NCBI RefSeq assembly: GCF_006345805.1
Contig: NC_043015.1
Coordinates: 3,224,001-3,288,000 of the forward strand
Length of the DNA: 64,000 bases
Origin: Octopus sinensis
Lineage: Eukaryota
Reading direction: 5' to 3'
The notes below the pieces were generated by a model that was not told where the DNA came from, ran no database searches, and saw only the letters and a program-made list of their open reading frames with translations. Shown here piece after piece: positions 24,417 to 39,670 of this stretch. The number at the start of each line of letters is the position of its first letter. The first letter of the stretch is position 1. The position numbers and the translations under genes are program-made.

Positions 24417-27069
24417 GGGAAGAGAGATAGAGAGATGTTTCTGTGGGCTTGGAGGTCCGAAATAGTTATTGTAATTGATAATACTAGTCTTCCTCACCAG
24501 GGAAGAGTTTTACATCTAAAGTTTTGACAGAAAGGAGATAAAAGTCATATATACGACTGACACTTGTATGACCTGTGAATATATTTGTATATAGTATTGT
24601 TATTCTACTATATTTTAAACTTACTTCTTATGTGAACTAATGTGTGGATTAACTAACATTTGTTGAGACAATGCAATAGCGAACTGTGATAATGATATTC
24701 AGTATTCTTAGTAAACGACCCTACAATTGACAGAGATTTTGGAGACTTTAGTTATCATTTTTGTGATGCATAATGAAAGACATTAACATACATATCTCCA
24801 CTCTTAAAGTATATATTGGTAAATTGTTTTTCCTACTTATTTGTGAGAATGTAGAAATTTCCAGGCGTGTCTGTTAATGCCAATATTTATATCATTTTTT
24901 ATATGATTTATTTTTCCATTTCTGCTACTGTATTTATTGATCTATTATATTAGAGATAGTATCACAAAAATGTACAATACCCAAGACGAATGAATTTGCT
25001 CTAAGTTTAAGTGTTATTGTTTATTTCATTGAACCAATTAACGACAGATTTCGTACTGATATACCATTGAAATTTGTTTGCTTATCAACATTATTTACGA
25101 TGTCTGTACTAATCACATCTATGAATCTTTTTTCAGGATCTATAATATACATTCAGTGTTAAAGGTGAAAATACCTCTTTGGTCAGTTAGTGTAAAGTAC
25201 GTTTCACTTTCACATAAAACTACAGAACGTGAGCTATAATATTTACCTTCCGAATATTTTATGTAATAAAATATTTTAAGAGTGTTGTGCTATTCGAAAA
25301 AGTTAAATGTTACTTCAGAAGGGAATATTTTGTCACATAAAGCAATGTTTGGACAGGAAGGAATTGCGTTTCTTTACGTCGGTTTAATGTGTGTATCAGT
25401 AATTAGTCGAGTAATTCAGAGATGTCATGTCATTGTTCATAACAGATGAAAGAATTACCTTGTATTTGGGTTTATTACTACAGAATGAGAAATGCGATAT
25501 ATATATATATATATATATATATTGTAAATGGTAAATTTGAAGGTTGACGTACCAATTTGAGAATCATTGATAATTATTATGCTTGATGATATGGAGAGCG
25601 TCAGATTATTAAATTAACATGTATTTTGTAGAGGAAAACACAAGAGTATTCGTAGTTCAGCATCTTATATTTTATGAGGCTATGTTTAAGTTCGAAATAT
25701 ACTGATCCTGGAACACATTACGTGACAATATGTACGATGAAACGTAATGATATACAGCATGGAATAAAAACAGTGCCAATCTTGTAGATTCTAAGCTTAA
25801 CAACTCGCTATATGAAATTCAACTTCATGTGTATCTATGTAATTTCAAGTAATTTATTTACTATATATGATGTACAGCTATTAACTGAAACTTATTTAAC
25901 TTGCAGATTTATATTTCTTGGAAAAAAGGAATTGTTTACTGCAGAATACATTTCAGAAATGAACTTCTTATCCATAAGCTGCACCTGCGCAATGAATTAT
26001 AGAAAACATATCCCCTCTTGACTGAATTCAGGTTTTTCATCCTCAGTCTACCTTACCATGTAATATTTAATAAGAGTGAAACTGTAAATGATTTTTTTAA
26101 AAGCTGGCAGATAAGGAACCCGTGTGTACATTCATACATGGACTCATCAAATGAAGTCCATATTCTTAGTTCCATTTATAAAGATATTTTATGTAAATAT
26201 CAAAAATGTTTTTGTATATAAGTTCTTCACAGAATGGTTATTTACAGAAAGACAATCCAATACCTGCACACCATCTTTGAAATCACGAACAAATATGCCA
26301 TACATATATCAACCCCATCCATTGCTGGCAACACGTAAATGTCTATCGTTGTACACATAGCATGATGCCTTAAGTACTCGTGTTTATTAAACTACGGAAC
26401 TTTTGATAGCAAGATCGTCTCGTTTACTATAAATGCTATAATACTAATGCAAAGTATAATTAAATCCAGCTTCTGCATAGAATTTTATATGCGCGTTAAT
26501 ATTCAGATATCCCATCAGCATAATAGGTTAGCTTAACAGCTGACAATTTTGCGAACGACCGAGACCCTTAAATATTTTTGTTATACTTAAACATGGCAGG
26601 AATTACACATTGAATAAAAGTGTGAATTGTATAATACCTTTAATATAAATTTATGAGTTAGTTTATACGATATGAATTTCAATGAAACTGTTTCACTACC
26701 CGAGGCTTGATTAATGTACAATGATCTTTAATTGATCTTTGCCACAACTAATCAATTCACAATCTAACAGTTTCCTCCATCTTGAATTGAACAATTCCTA
26801 ATAAGAGTATTCCGAAAATTTCATTCTCAGGAAAATTGCATCTGAATAGTACCAAATAGCTTTACTTCATTTAAAGACAATAGATAAAGTTTTTAATTAG
26901 TCCGTTATGTAAAGGAGATAAATTTATATGGACATTTCAGATTATTGATGTCCATGCTTAAGTACAATCAATGCTTGCCTTTACCATCCGAAACCAGACT
27001 GCATAAGGATTTCAATAATGAAATACATGTTAACATATATTTCGTATCACTATTCTGATGTTTAGTTCA

Positions 27070-27530
27070 ATGGAACCCCTATCTTGCACAGAACATTGAC
27101 CTCCTGGAATCTGTCCAGAGACGTGCAACCAAACGCATACCCTCCATCAGACACCTACCATATTCTGAGCGCCTTGTTTCCCTGGGCATGGATTCACTGA
27201 AGCTCCGGCGTTTGGCGACGGACTTGGTAAACACCCACAAAGTTATCAACCACCTCACCAACAACAACACTGAACACCTTTTTGATCTCCATGTGTCTAA
27301 CACACGTGGACATGCCTACAAAGTCAGAAAACAATACAGCTCCCATGACTTTCGGAAACATTTTTTCACGCTCAGAGTTGCTGAAGCATGGAATAAACTG
27401 CCTGCGTCAGTTGTTGACTGCCATGACACTGCATCTTTTAAGGCCCTCATGCTTTCCGAAATCCGCCGAAACTACACCTGATTATATATACACTTTAGAT
27501 GAGTTGTAGTGCACCTGAGCACTGTACACA

Positions 27531-27585
<55 letters not shown>
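27070..27585 (+). mobile_element. CR1-group LINE 3' end with (ATT)n tail
   Basis: Uninterrupted frame WNPYLAQNIDLLESVQRRATKRIPSIRHLPYSERLVSLGMDSLKLRRLATDL...NTRGHAYKVRK...RKHFFTLRVAEAWNKLPASVV is the classic CR1 ORF2 C-terminus. A short UTR and (ATT)n follow. Confidence 0.92.
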
Positions 27586-27586
<1 letters not shown>

Positions 27587-27689
27587 GTCATTGGTGTTTC
27601 AAGAAATCTAAAATTCCAAGCCTTTCATTACGTGAAGGTTTAGCTTACCTAGAATGTTACAAATCCAGAGGGCAATTTTATCTCTAATA

Positions 27690-28255
<566 letters not shown>

Positions 28256-28461
28256 TGAAATAGAAAGATGAATAATCTTGTTGCAGATTAATCAAAAGTT
28301 TAACCGATACCTTGGTAGCAAAAATCACACCAGAAGACAGCACGATTGGAGGTACAGCCATATGGTGTTGCAACCGTGCGTTGGTTCGGATAATTGAATT
28401 TTAATATTATTAGTGAATTGAAGAAATGGAGTTGAACGAAGATTGAACAGAAATCGTTTTA

Positions 28462-28551
28462 TTGCATTCTACACGTGTTTCGAAAGGCACAATTTACTAA
28501 ATTCCGATTGAATAAGGAGACCATATTGTGTCTTTCTCTTCAGGAAGAAAA
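28462..28551 (-). ncRNA. Type I hammerhead ribozyme, family C, minus-strand copy
   Basis: Reverse complement of the 28640-28729 motif; CTGAAGA at 28543-28537; predicted cleavage after 28470. Confidence 0.65.
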
Positions 28552-28639
28552 AGGAAATCCGTTGGAAAAAACAAAAACAGAAACAGAAACAAAAACAGAA
28601 CGCCTCTGTTCTGTCTTTGTTTTTTCCAACGGATTTTCT

Positions 28640-28729
28640 CTTTCTTCCTGAAGAGAAAGACACAATATGGTCTCCTTATTCAATCGGAATTTGGTAAATT
28701 GTGCCTTTCGAAACACGTGTAGAATGCAA
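28640..28729 (+). ncRNA. Type I hammerhead ribozyme, family C, plus-strand copy
   Basis: CTGAAGA 28648-28654; helix II GAAAG-A-CACAA/TTGTG-C-CTTTC; GAAA 28710-28713; helix III ACACGTGT; GUA^ after 28721. Helix I has only TTC/GAA firmly paired. Confidence 0.65.
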
Positions 28730-28792
28730 TAAAACGATTTCTGTTCAATCTTCGTTCAACTCCATTTCTTCAATTCACTAATAATATATATA

Positions 28793-28855
<63 letters not shown>

Positions 28856-29761
28856 GATATTTCTTTCTAAATTCTGATATATTTCCACAGTGACTTCCTG
28901 AACTGCAATGAACAAGTAATTTTGCTCTGCCATTCTGTTATTTAGCATCTCCGCTTTGCTATTCCATTATCTTTTTCGTGTCCATATATATAATTTAGAC
29001 ATGCATATATAACCCAGATATTTTAGTCATTATTATAGTGAAAATCACTTTCATATATTTATTGCTATTTGTTTAGGTATTAAATAAATTTCATTGATGT
29101 ATTTTATAATTTCTTAAACCTACATTGTTTCCCACCACAGTGATTCCCTTAAAATCGTTTTCACAATTGTGGAGGGTTCCCGAATGGGATAGGCATCACA
29201 CGGATTGTAGAGGATTTTTTCGATACTGATCTAAGAATTAAACCCTCTGTTGCCATCGAGAAGTATATTTCTAAAAAACGCCTGTTGGATTATTAATATT
29301 TAGAATGCCTTAGAACACACATCCTGCAATTGAGAAATGTATAAATATCGGTCAAGAAATGTCATCTTTCCATCCTACATATGTATTATGCAAGTAGATT
29401 TTGGGAAAAAAATATCTGACTTCATACAAATCGCAAGCCAGGAAAAAACTGCTAATATACTAATGTGCAATACGCATGCGCATATAATGTGATTCATGTG
29501 AATTTATAATTTATATAACTACCTATGACACATACTCAGCAATATTCATGTGTGGAGAAAGGCTGTGCAGTGGGAAAATGCAACACACACTCACTCACAT
29601 GCACAAACACTCAAACACTCAGAAACAGACACATGCAAATGCACACACAAAAACGCACGAATACGTACACAAAAACACACAAAAATATACACGTGCGCGC
29701 ACACATACACACAAACAAAGACAAACACACACACATATATTCTACTATGAAATAATTGAAG

Positions 29762-29797
<36 letters not shown>

Positions 29798-30630
29798 GGT
29801 CAGCGTGAGAACATTATAGATTATGTATATCATAAATTTGAGTTCTAAAACGGCGTTGATTATTCAGCAATACATCATGAATCATTTCCTCGAAAGAAAT
29901 GGCATAAATAATTTCCAAAATATGATGAAACATACGAGTAAAACTTATAGTACATGCACGACTGGATGCCATCGAAAGATTAGGAAGGCTTTACATGTAT
30001 TATGTTGACTGTGTGCTGGTTAATATATATATTATATATATATATAATATATATATAATAGAATCATCAGCAGGAAAGTTTGAGCGGTGGTTTTCAAAAA
30101 TTATAGCTTGGAGGCACGTGGCATGTTTTGTATTGCCTCGTATTTATATGTTAATCTTGGCTCTCCCGCTGTGATTCCTGTGCCTAGCAAATTATTATAG
30201 CTTGAAACCATGGTACAAGAAATAGTTGGTGAATGTCAATTTTCTTATTCCCTTTCGAAATTACCCGTAATAGTGTTTTGGATTTTAACTACTCCTTCTT
30301 GCGGGTTAGATGTCCTATTGTGACCTTTTCCTTATTGTTTAAATGTACACGATATATATATATATATATAATATATATATATATATATTAGAAGAAATGA
30401 GGTATTCAGAAATTCAGATGGTTTTATATTTACAGATATTTGTTTGTATATTACATGTTTTTATACATCATATAACTTAGTCATATATTAGGGTTTTTTC
30501 CCATTCCAGTGTTTTTTTTTTAAATCGAACTAAGTTCCTATGTGAAAAGGTTTGACCATTTTATAGTGTTATTGAGTTTGTAGTGGTGGGGAAGAATATA
30601 AGACAGTACAAGAGGGTGATATATATATAT

Positions 30631-30680
<50 letters not shown>

Positions 30681-30949
30681 ATACATACACACACATACAT
30701 TCATATCTAGACAGATAAAACAAAACCAGAGAGAGAGAGAGAGAGAGATTGGAAGAAATTTAGATACACGTGTAGGAACGTATATAGAAGACGAAAACAA
30801 ACAAAACAGGAATTACATATCTTCACAAACGATGCATTAGCTCTTACCTTAAGCATGGAGATTATGGCAGTGTGATCTGCATTTGAGGATGTTATTCCTC
30901 ACCTACCTGCACAATTGGGTAAGAAATATACAAGACGAGCATGAAATAG

Positions 30950-31260
30950 AATAGTTAGATGAAAGGGGAATATATAGATAGTAATATCGAGAAATATGAG
31001 ATTGTTTTAAAAATGGAACCGGAAGGAGTTAGTACTATAAATTTAAAACATTACCTTGGAAATATTGGGAGAATGACCATGATTAGAGAGACAGGGAAGA
31101 TAGCTGTAAAGAAATATCAAACACGCTTAATATTAGGTATGTTTTAGATGAGATCTACTGCACGATACTGATTTTATACTGTATAAAATGAAGCCAATAT
31201 CATCAGATGATATCGAAAAACTAAATCAAATCCAGTGATTTGTACCTAATGCGATTTACT
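30950..31260 (+). mobile_element. Highly decayed CR1-type LINE RT C-terminal relic
   Basis: HYLGNI, AVKKYQTRLILGMF and DDIEKLNQIQ resemble KDLGV, AVKKANRMLG and DIEKLERVQRR. Confidence 0.45.
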
Positions 31261-32554
31261 GATACTTGTAATGTAGTATGTTAGTACAATTACTATATAT
31301 GTGTGAAATCATATCAATGTCTCACATTAAGGAAAACAAAACGGAATATATTCAATTTCAATTTAGTTTAGCTGTAATATCTTTTAAGTGAATCATTACA
31401 AATTACAATAACAATACCTGAAATAAAATTTTAAAAAAACATTCAAATAATCACGCAGATACATTCTCATGTACAAGTGTGCTGTATGTATGTGCGAAAT
31501 ATATTTTGTAATTATAAAATGCGTTACAACTTTTCTGATAGCGTTGTTTTATTTTACAAATAGAATTTTTTGTTTTGTGCTAGCACTGATTTGACATCCT
31601 CAGTAGTCAATTACTCACGTGAAATTTAATTCAGGTGTTGATATTCAATTTAATTGCTGTCTTGTCTCTAAATGTCGCGTGTAATTTTGTATAATTACAC
31701 ATTTTAAATGGAAATTATTGTCTAGAGAAAACACATCATGAACATATTGCCATCAATTTTCATTTCACTTTTTCAGAAAACTTCAGAGAAATGAAGTTAT
31801 GTAACATATATTAAAATTTTCTGAAAAGTCAAAATACTTTTCGTGTCAGTTTCATCCTTTGCACTAACCTCTCAACAGGAATTAAAACAAAATACACAGA
31901 CAGACGTACAACAATACTGTCCGTTCCCGAGAACTAAATAATCTTGGAAATTACTTATAACACGCAGTGTTCCATACAATATTAAGTTATTCAATAGTGG
32001 CTTAGTAATACGACGCATTAAGCAATCGTCGATACACCGAAAGACATATCTGCACCAGCATGTGTGGGAACAGCCGAGGAAATATCAAATGTTGTGGTCA
32101 AACCGAAATCGTAGATCGAATCTCATACGTAAGCAAATTGCTTTGTTTCATGTTAATGAAATAGCTTATTCTTCAAATAAGTTATAGTATATCATATAGG
32201 AGAAATATAAATCGATTCGATTCTTATTCCATACACGTCAAATACTAACCAGTGCATTGCTTCTTAATGTTACCGAGCTGAAATGCTTTCACCAATCTAT
32301 CAAATGTGAAAAATCATTCAAAATCATGCCAAACTATCTTGATATCTCTACAAAACGAACACTTTGCATGACACAAAATTACATAGAATACAATTCGAAG
32401 CCTTTGAAATTCTTATAAAAAACAACACGTTACAATGAAAGAAATATGTTATTTTTCCTAGAATGATGAACTGCAGAGGCACCTGTTTACATACTGGTTT
32501 CAAATTTTGTCAAAGGGCCAGTAAGCTCTTGGTAATGTTCAAGTCGATAACACC

Positions 32555-32698
32555 GAGCCCAGTATTCAAAAGGCATTTATTTTATTGACCCCTACAGGCG
32601 AAATCGACCTCAGCGGAATTTGAACTCAGAATATGAAAATGGACAAAATACCACCAAGCATTTCACCTTGCATGCTAACGATTCTGCCAGCTCGCCTC
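32555..32698 (-). mobile_element. SINE 5' fragment (dimeric family)
   Basis: Reverse complement reads AGGCGAGCTGGCAGAATCGTTAGCATGC...GAGTTCAAATTCCGCTGAGGTCGATTTCGCC. Confidence 0.8.
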
Positions 32699-35600
32699 TT
32701 TGCAGATATGTAAATATTGACACGCGCAAAGTCATGTATGCATATATATGTGCCAATGCTTTTCTTCTATTATATGTGTATATAAGTCTATGTAGATGAA
32801 GATGTACGTTCTATGTGGAGAAAGCATTGGAGAATAACATAGTTATTCACTGAAAGTCACATCATATGAGTGTTGGTATTACGTAAGGTCTTTTTTATGG
32901 AACCCGCTGGTTATGATATCCACCATTATGAAGTGCCTTGCTATTTTAATGCTTACAATATATTTGATGAATTAGGATGAGAACGTCTACAACCTCGAGC
33001 TATCTACAAGAATTTTTATCTGAATACAAGAGTCGAGATACTCGATATGATCCTAGATGTCACATATCGGCATTTTGTCGTTTTTGTCCCTATCTAAATT
33101 TGTTCAATCTCTTCTGAAATGGATGAAGAGAAAATAGACAACTACATAAAGGTGGCCAATTTATGATACAAAAAATTCATTGGAAGTGTATTGCTCTTCC
33201 ACTAACACTTATCAATGAGCAATTAACTAAATAAATAAGGAATTAAATCCCAGGGTTTGGAAACATGACTGCTTGACGTTAGTGGCACTCCTGGTCAAAT
33301 CATATTTTCCAACATAGTCACACTGCGAATGACACGGCGTTTGATTTGAATCTCATTTCTTTGCTATTGCGATCGAATATATCGTTGTTTGATGTGGTCG
33401 CATTTTTTATATAATATACTGGATGATATTCAACTATATCTAATGGACACTAGTTAATAAACAACACAAGATTGAAATGATTCTGATAAAATAAGTTAAA
33501 GTGCTTATCGAAATAGAATTAGGCATCGGGTTCTTTCATTTTGTTTTATCATTTTACAACGATCTAAGAATGCTTCAATTAATATATGTATTGGTTTATA
33601 GAGTATTAGATTATATCGACTCTTTGAATATAAGAATGTTTGCACAAAGATTACATGAACGGTTGACAATCAATTCGGGTTCACATGACATTTATTTATA
33701 TGTGGGTCTGTATGTTGATGTGTGATTAGTTAGTATATGTGTTTTGTATATGCTTTTGAATATGTTACTACCAGTGGTGAGACCACAGATTAAGTTGTTT
33801 CTCCATATTGTTGCAGTTTCCTTAACAAAGAAATCTTAGGTTTCATATTAATTAGTCATAAAACCATTCCATAAGACTACTGGAATATACATGTATTAGC
33901 GTTTTCGAGTGGTATATATTCATTGTAGTCATACGTGAAAATATCTCAGTTATTGTGTGCTTCATAGCAGATCTCATAACGATGCTGAGGCGTACAAAAA
34001 CGCCCAGAAACAAATTTATGAAAGGAAAATAGACATCAAATACTAAAGAAAAAGGAAGATAATGAAACGTGAGAGAATGGAATTCATTATTTTAAACTTA
34101 ATATATAGCGCAAAATTATCTGCATCAGTACACATCCGTATTAACATACATACATTCAACTAAAAGTAAACGCCTGGAAAATATTTAACTCAGTCGATCT
34201 TTATTTGTCGCTTATTCTAAAATTATAAGCTACTCTTTTTTGTAGTTTTTCTGTTCTATGTCAGTTTCCAGTTTGGCATTTAGTTTTTAGATTATATATA
34301 TATTTATAATTCGGAGTTCAAATTTGTTACTGATGTTCTCAGATTTTATATAGTAACTATCATACCTATCGAGAGAACCCTGATATTAATTGCTTACACC
34401 TGTGATAGAACATGACATGGACATTTCTTAGAGAATCGGTTTGAAAACAGAAGAAAAATCAAGCAGAAACCTAAACTTTAGTTTTACTACATAAGAGCAA
34501 TGAAGGTAACGATAAACATTTTAATGAAAAATGAATGGAAGGAAAGTATTAGTAGACACTGTAAGAAATAGATTGGAAAAAAAGCTGTAACGACAAGTGC
34601 ACTCATACAAACATCTTAAATAGTTATTACAATAGCAGTGTCATAGGTAAGGTAGCCTCTACTGTGATACAAGTATTCCAAAAGTATTGGTGGATTTATC
34701 AATTTTCCCGAAAAGGAAATATTTGGAAGCATTTCATTTCAAGAGCAATACGCCAAAATGAGTTATTTGGTTTTTTTAAGTGTCACCGATAGAGCTGTAA
34801 TTAAAATGATTATTACACGACATTTCAGGAAAAAGAACGAGTCAAAGGCAAACAGTTGCAAACGGGGAGTGATATGTTACTAGAAACATGTCTTCAAAAA
34901 TAGTAGAGAATTGAAAATGGAATATTAAACCTCATCAATTGGAGCCTATTGTATATGTACGATGAATATTATTTCACGCAAACTTGAAGGTGGTTAATCC
35001 AGGAAGAGAGAATAAACGTAATGATTTGCAACTCATTTGGACGAACATTCCAAAATTATCTATCCAACACATTCGGAAATTATAACTGCGAAATGTATTG
35101 CAGCGATACCAGCAATATAATTCGCACTTTATCTAGTGTACATTGATGGGTGTGATCTCTTACATGCTATGGCAAATTTAGTGGTTGCTTCATATTAAAA
35201 CTAAAATTCATTATTATTCTATCTGAGAGTATTTGATTATCACTTTTCATAAAGTAATTACATAGCATGCCATCTGAGACAAGTTTTTCATAGACGTATA
35301 AATACTTTAATCTTCTGTGCAAGAGGAATTGAGATTGTTTAGCAAGTTTTATGTACGTACTTGCTTAATATCTGCAGTCAAATCAAAAATAAACTTCTAA
35401 AAGTTTCAACAGTTGCCAAAGTTTTATGAAGAATACATCATACTATCATTCCAATAATGTAGGAGACATCTGGGAATTGTTACTTTGGTAAGTAACTGAT
35501 GCTGCTCTATTTGAAACTTAGCAGGATGCAACAAAGTGAAAACATAAAGCATAAAAGTGTTCATGAAATTTTCTTAATTTTCTTAAGAGAATTTTGGAAC

Positions 35601-36425
35601 GACACGATTTAACTGTTCTTGATCTCTATGAATATACACTTGTTATTCCCTTGCTAAATAAAATGATGGTGATCATAACTAACTAGTAAATCTTTACAAT
35701 GCCGCGAAATTTCAGAATGGAACACATGCGTTCGCACTAGCTTAAAAAACATTACAATATAAATATCGAAACTTATACGTTCAAAATTATATTATCGTTA
35801 CATATACCAGATGATGGTTCAAGAAGTATACCACATGTTTTAGTTTATTATTTCGTTCCATTTCCTTACAATTTATTCTATTGCAATTTCTTCTATTGCA
35901 ATTAGTATTGTCTTTCTTTGTGAAGTCTTATTACTGTGCTCTTTGGGATAATTGAATGTAACTGCCATATATATTGGTGGTACATAATTCATTTTGCACA
36001 CTAATACCAGTGTACAATAGGAAATGGTTTATTAAATGGATTCACAAATACATAATACACACAGTTTAACAAATGTACACTGCAGATGTTCTTCGCGGAG
36101 TCGATATCAGCTATTTCAAATTTCCATACACTTCCCTAAACATTATGTTGTTACTCGTAAATTTTGAATAAAATTATATGAAAATACTGGTATATTGGGT
36201 ATATAAGTTTACCTAAAATATGTTGATGTACAAATTGTCACTATGCTTAGTAGTTTGAAGCTATACATATGCTTATAATGTGCCTTGCAATATATACACA
36301 CGTAATGCATATATATTCATATCCACGTATCCATTTATGTATGCATATATTTATGCCTGTATGTAAGTATGTATGTGCGTATGCACCACTATATAATTGT
36401 ATGTATGTATGTGTGTGTATATATA

Positions 36426-36465
<40 letters not shown>

Positions 36466-38464
36466 ACATATGGATATGCATTCCGTTACTAGAACTCTTT
36501 AACGTATTTACATGTAGTTTTAAACGGCATTTTGTTGTTAAAAATGAAAATAAACGGTATTAAATAAATGCAATGTATTTAATTTTACAAAAGTCACGTA
36601 TCGGTGATGAACACACCTATACACACACACACACACTCACACATACACACACACACACACACAAACAAGAAATCAACGAACAATACATATCTCATTAAGA
36701 GAAAATAAATCTGATACTATTAATAGGGTACCCATATATTTTAGATGTAGTTGAAAATACATATGGTCTAACTTAGGTGTTTCATATTCAATGATTATGC
36801 ACATTGTTCCCATACATTTATCACCTTAGTAAAAATACTTCATGAATGTGCTGCTAGAAGGAAAATATGCAAGTGTTTTCTAAGTTAATTTCACTACTTG
36901 TGAATATATTCTATATAAATGATCGAACTGATACTTTGAGAGAGTATTGCGTATTTTTAAACAGTAAAAAATATATGGAAAACTAGAAATCGAAAGACAA
37001 TGAATAAATTGCTTCCATGAATTTCGATACGTGGACTCATGAAATTTACCATCATAATCAAGTTATTCAATAAAGTAGGCACCTTTTAATATTCTTCTCT
37101 ATATGAGGTGCATTCTAGAACTTTTGAGAGCTACTTGAGTGTAAACTTCTACTACTTTTAAATCGTATGCAACTCTAATCTTGCTCAAAGTCGGATCACC
37201 TCATTTAAATGCACTTGTTGTAGCACTCTAGGCGGTTGGTGAAAGCCCAATGGAAATTCTCAAAAGAGAGGTTTCCTAGGCCACTTGCTATTGCTTCTAT
37301 CATAATGTCTTGAAAACAACTGCCCCTGAATATCTTCCTTAACTTGAGGATCAAATAAATATCACAGATGCATGTTCTGAAATGTAGATAATGTGAAACA
37401 TTATTGATGTCCATTGCCCTAAAGTATTTGTTTACTCGGATAGCATTGTGGCAAGCAGTGCTCTGTGAAATGCCCGGTTTACTTGAGTATGTCCAAAGTA
37501 TTTTTACAGATTTTTTCTTCACTCTGAAATAACTAACGTTGTCAGTTCGTTGAACAAAAATATGCTATCAATATACTGAAATTACAATAATCTATGACAA
37601 CTAAAACTTCCTCTCCTAAGTAAACTCTTAAAACCGCATGAATACAAAACATATTTATTATTTTGTATTTCTCAGTCAGTGTAAAGAATCTTATACAAAA
37701 ATAAAATAAAAAATAAAACATTTATTACAGCTTTCTAACTAAATACGTATTCCAGTCATTTGACGGTTATTAGCGACGGAATATAAAGGCAATACCTTTC
37801 GTGATGAAGTACAAATATGTAAATAGATTGCAAGTATATGATAACATTGCTCAGAATTAGCCTATAAAAACGTTATAAAACTGGCCAACTAATATATTTC
37901 ATGAATCGCTTGGGTATAAATCTCTTTTAGCTATGATGTTACACAAAATATATCAATATTAAAGTCAGAAATTCAAATGAAATCCAATCTTAAACATAAG
38001 GAACGTGATTCATCGTATTCCATCAATAATTTCATTGTTTCTCTCGATCTAACGTTTGCTTACCTATATTTATCACCCATTATTTCCAGTAATTTTCCTT
38101 CATTAATTCCGATTGAGCATATAATTTATGACACGTTCTATAAGAGCATTTAATAATATATTGAGGAATTTATGTGCATTAGAAATCAGGGCAGAATAAT
38201 GCCGAGTGTAATTTTATAAACAGATATCACAAGTATATACGCGCGAACACTTAGAGGACATTAATATTCCTGTTTCGTATTACATACAACATTTGAATAT
38301 ATACAAGGGATGACGTTAAACTGACGAATAATGTAAAAATATGTATGCGTGTGCACGTTTGTACGCATATAAAACACATACATTGACAAACAACATACAC
38401 ATATAATAAAAACATAAATGTTTATATATGTATATATATACATATATACACACATGTATGTAAG

Positions 38465-38466
38465 TA

Positions 38467-38541
<75 letters not shown>

Positions 38542-38587
38542 GCATATATATATTGATATGGATATAGATAGATAGATTGATTGATTG

Positions 38588-38668
<81 letters not shown>
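38465..38668. repeat. Compound (CT)n-(AT)n-(ATAG)n microsatellite
   Basis: Direct reading; source of the IYLS-repeat ORFs. Confidence 0.97.
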
Positions 38669-38669
<1 letters not shown>

Positions 38670-39334
38670 GTTGATGCGCATGGATTCATATTATCCCTAT
38701 GGATGGCAGTAAGAGCACGACTACGTTGTAGGAAATAGCTTCTACTAAATCATAATTCATTACGACAAGATATCCCAATCCTTACTGTGAATTTTTTTGT
38801 TTATATTATCTGAGATGCTAAAGTATATTTCAGTGCCAGAAAGGTACGCACCAATGCAAGTACCATACATATTTATCCTGCCTATGTTTTTAATATTACA
38901 TCGAAATTCATATTACATGAGTATAATACTTTCTACCTACCTACATTAAGATGAAATATTCATCCAAGGTTATCTTCCGAATTATAAAATATATCATTGT
39001 TAAAGGTAATTTATCCATTATATTGTTTTCTTATAAACTATAACGCATCTGATCAAGTATAAATTATACTTTTTATTCGCTCCCAGTATAACAAGATCTT
39101 ATGCCCACATATATAAATTGGTGAAGCTAACAACACTTCGATTGTAAAATGTGGGCGGAAGAAATAACGGAAGATGATGTTGATCACAACATCATTTGAT
39201 CAGTTTTACTAGTATTTATGAGTGTTAAAGCACACTACGAACGTTGACGTTCATAAGGTAATCTTCATCGATATGTCACTCACCTCTATGGAACCCGGAG
39301 TCATGCTGTTGCAACTAAATGCCCTTTATGAAAC

Positions 39335-39670
39335 ATGGTGGTGGTGACCCCTTCGGTCAGACACTGACCATGGGTTTGCACCTAGAAAGTTACTCTCTAA
39401 GGCACAGGTCGGGGCAATGTTGTTTATGGAAGACCAGTAGTCGCCCATGCATACCGTCCTCCCCTCTCCACATCACCGATGTTGTCCAAGGGAAAGTCAA
39501 AGGGGCCGATACAGCTTGGCACCTGTGACGTCGCAACTCATTTCTACAGCTGAGTGAACTGGAGGAACGTGAAATAAAGTGTCTTGCTTAAGAACACAAC
39601 ACGCAGCCCGGTCCGGGATTCGACCTCACAACCTCATGATCGTAAGCTCGACGCTCTAACCACTGAGCCA
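39335..39670 (-). mobile_element. tRNA-derived SINE, inverted copy of the 13444-13775 family
   Basis: Reverse complement reads TGGCTCAGTGGTTAGAGCGTCGAGCTTACGATCATGAGGTTGTGAGG... Confidence 0.88.

Larger units (their letters stand above)
28404..28787. mobile_element. Fold-back (palindromic) HHR element, family C
   Basis: Left arm from 28404 is the reverse complement of the right arm ending 28787 (about 3 differences in about 165 bp). The centre is a slipped AAACAAAAACAG(A) region near 28570-28620. (AT)n follows the right arm. Confidence 0.9.

Noticed and set aside
30201-30219. GAAA-CCATGG-TA looks like the 3' half of a hammerhead
   Set aside because: No CTGANGA with a matching helix I upstream on the same strand.
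35414-35488. Open 75-nt unit ending at a GTAAGT donor
   Set aside because: The acceptor is weak, the peptide is not recognised, and its phase does not match the other candidate exons.
37205-37522. 105-aa non-repetitive minus-strand ORF
   Set aside because: No motif recognised and no supporting splice context; a length like this is expected by chance.
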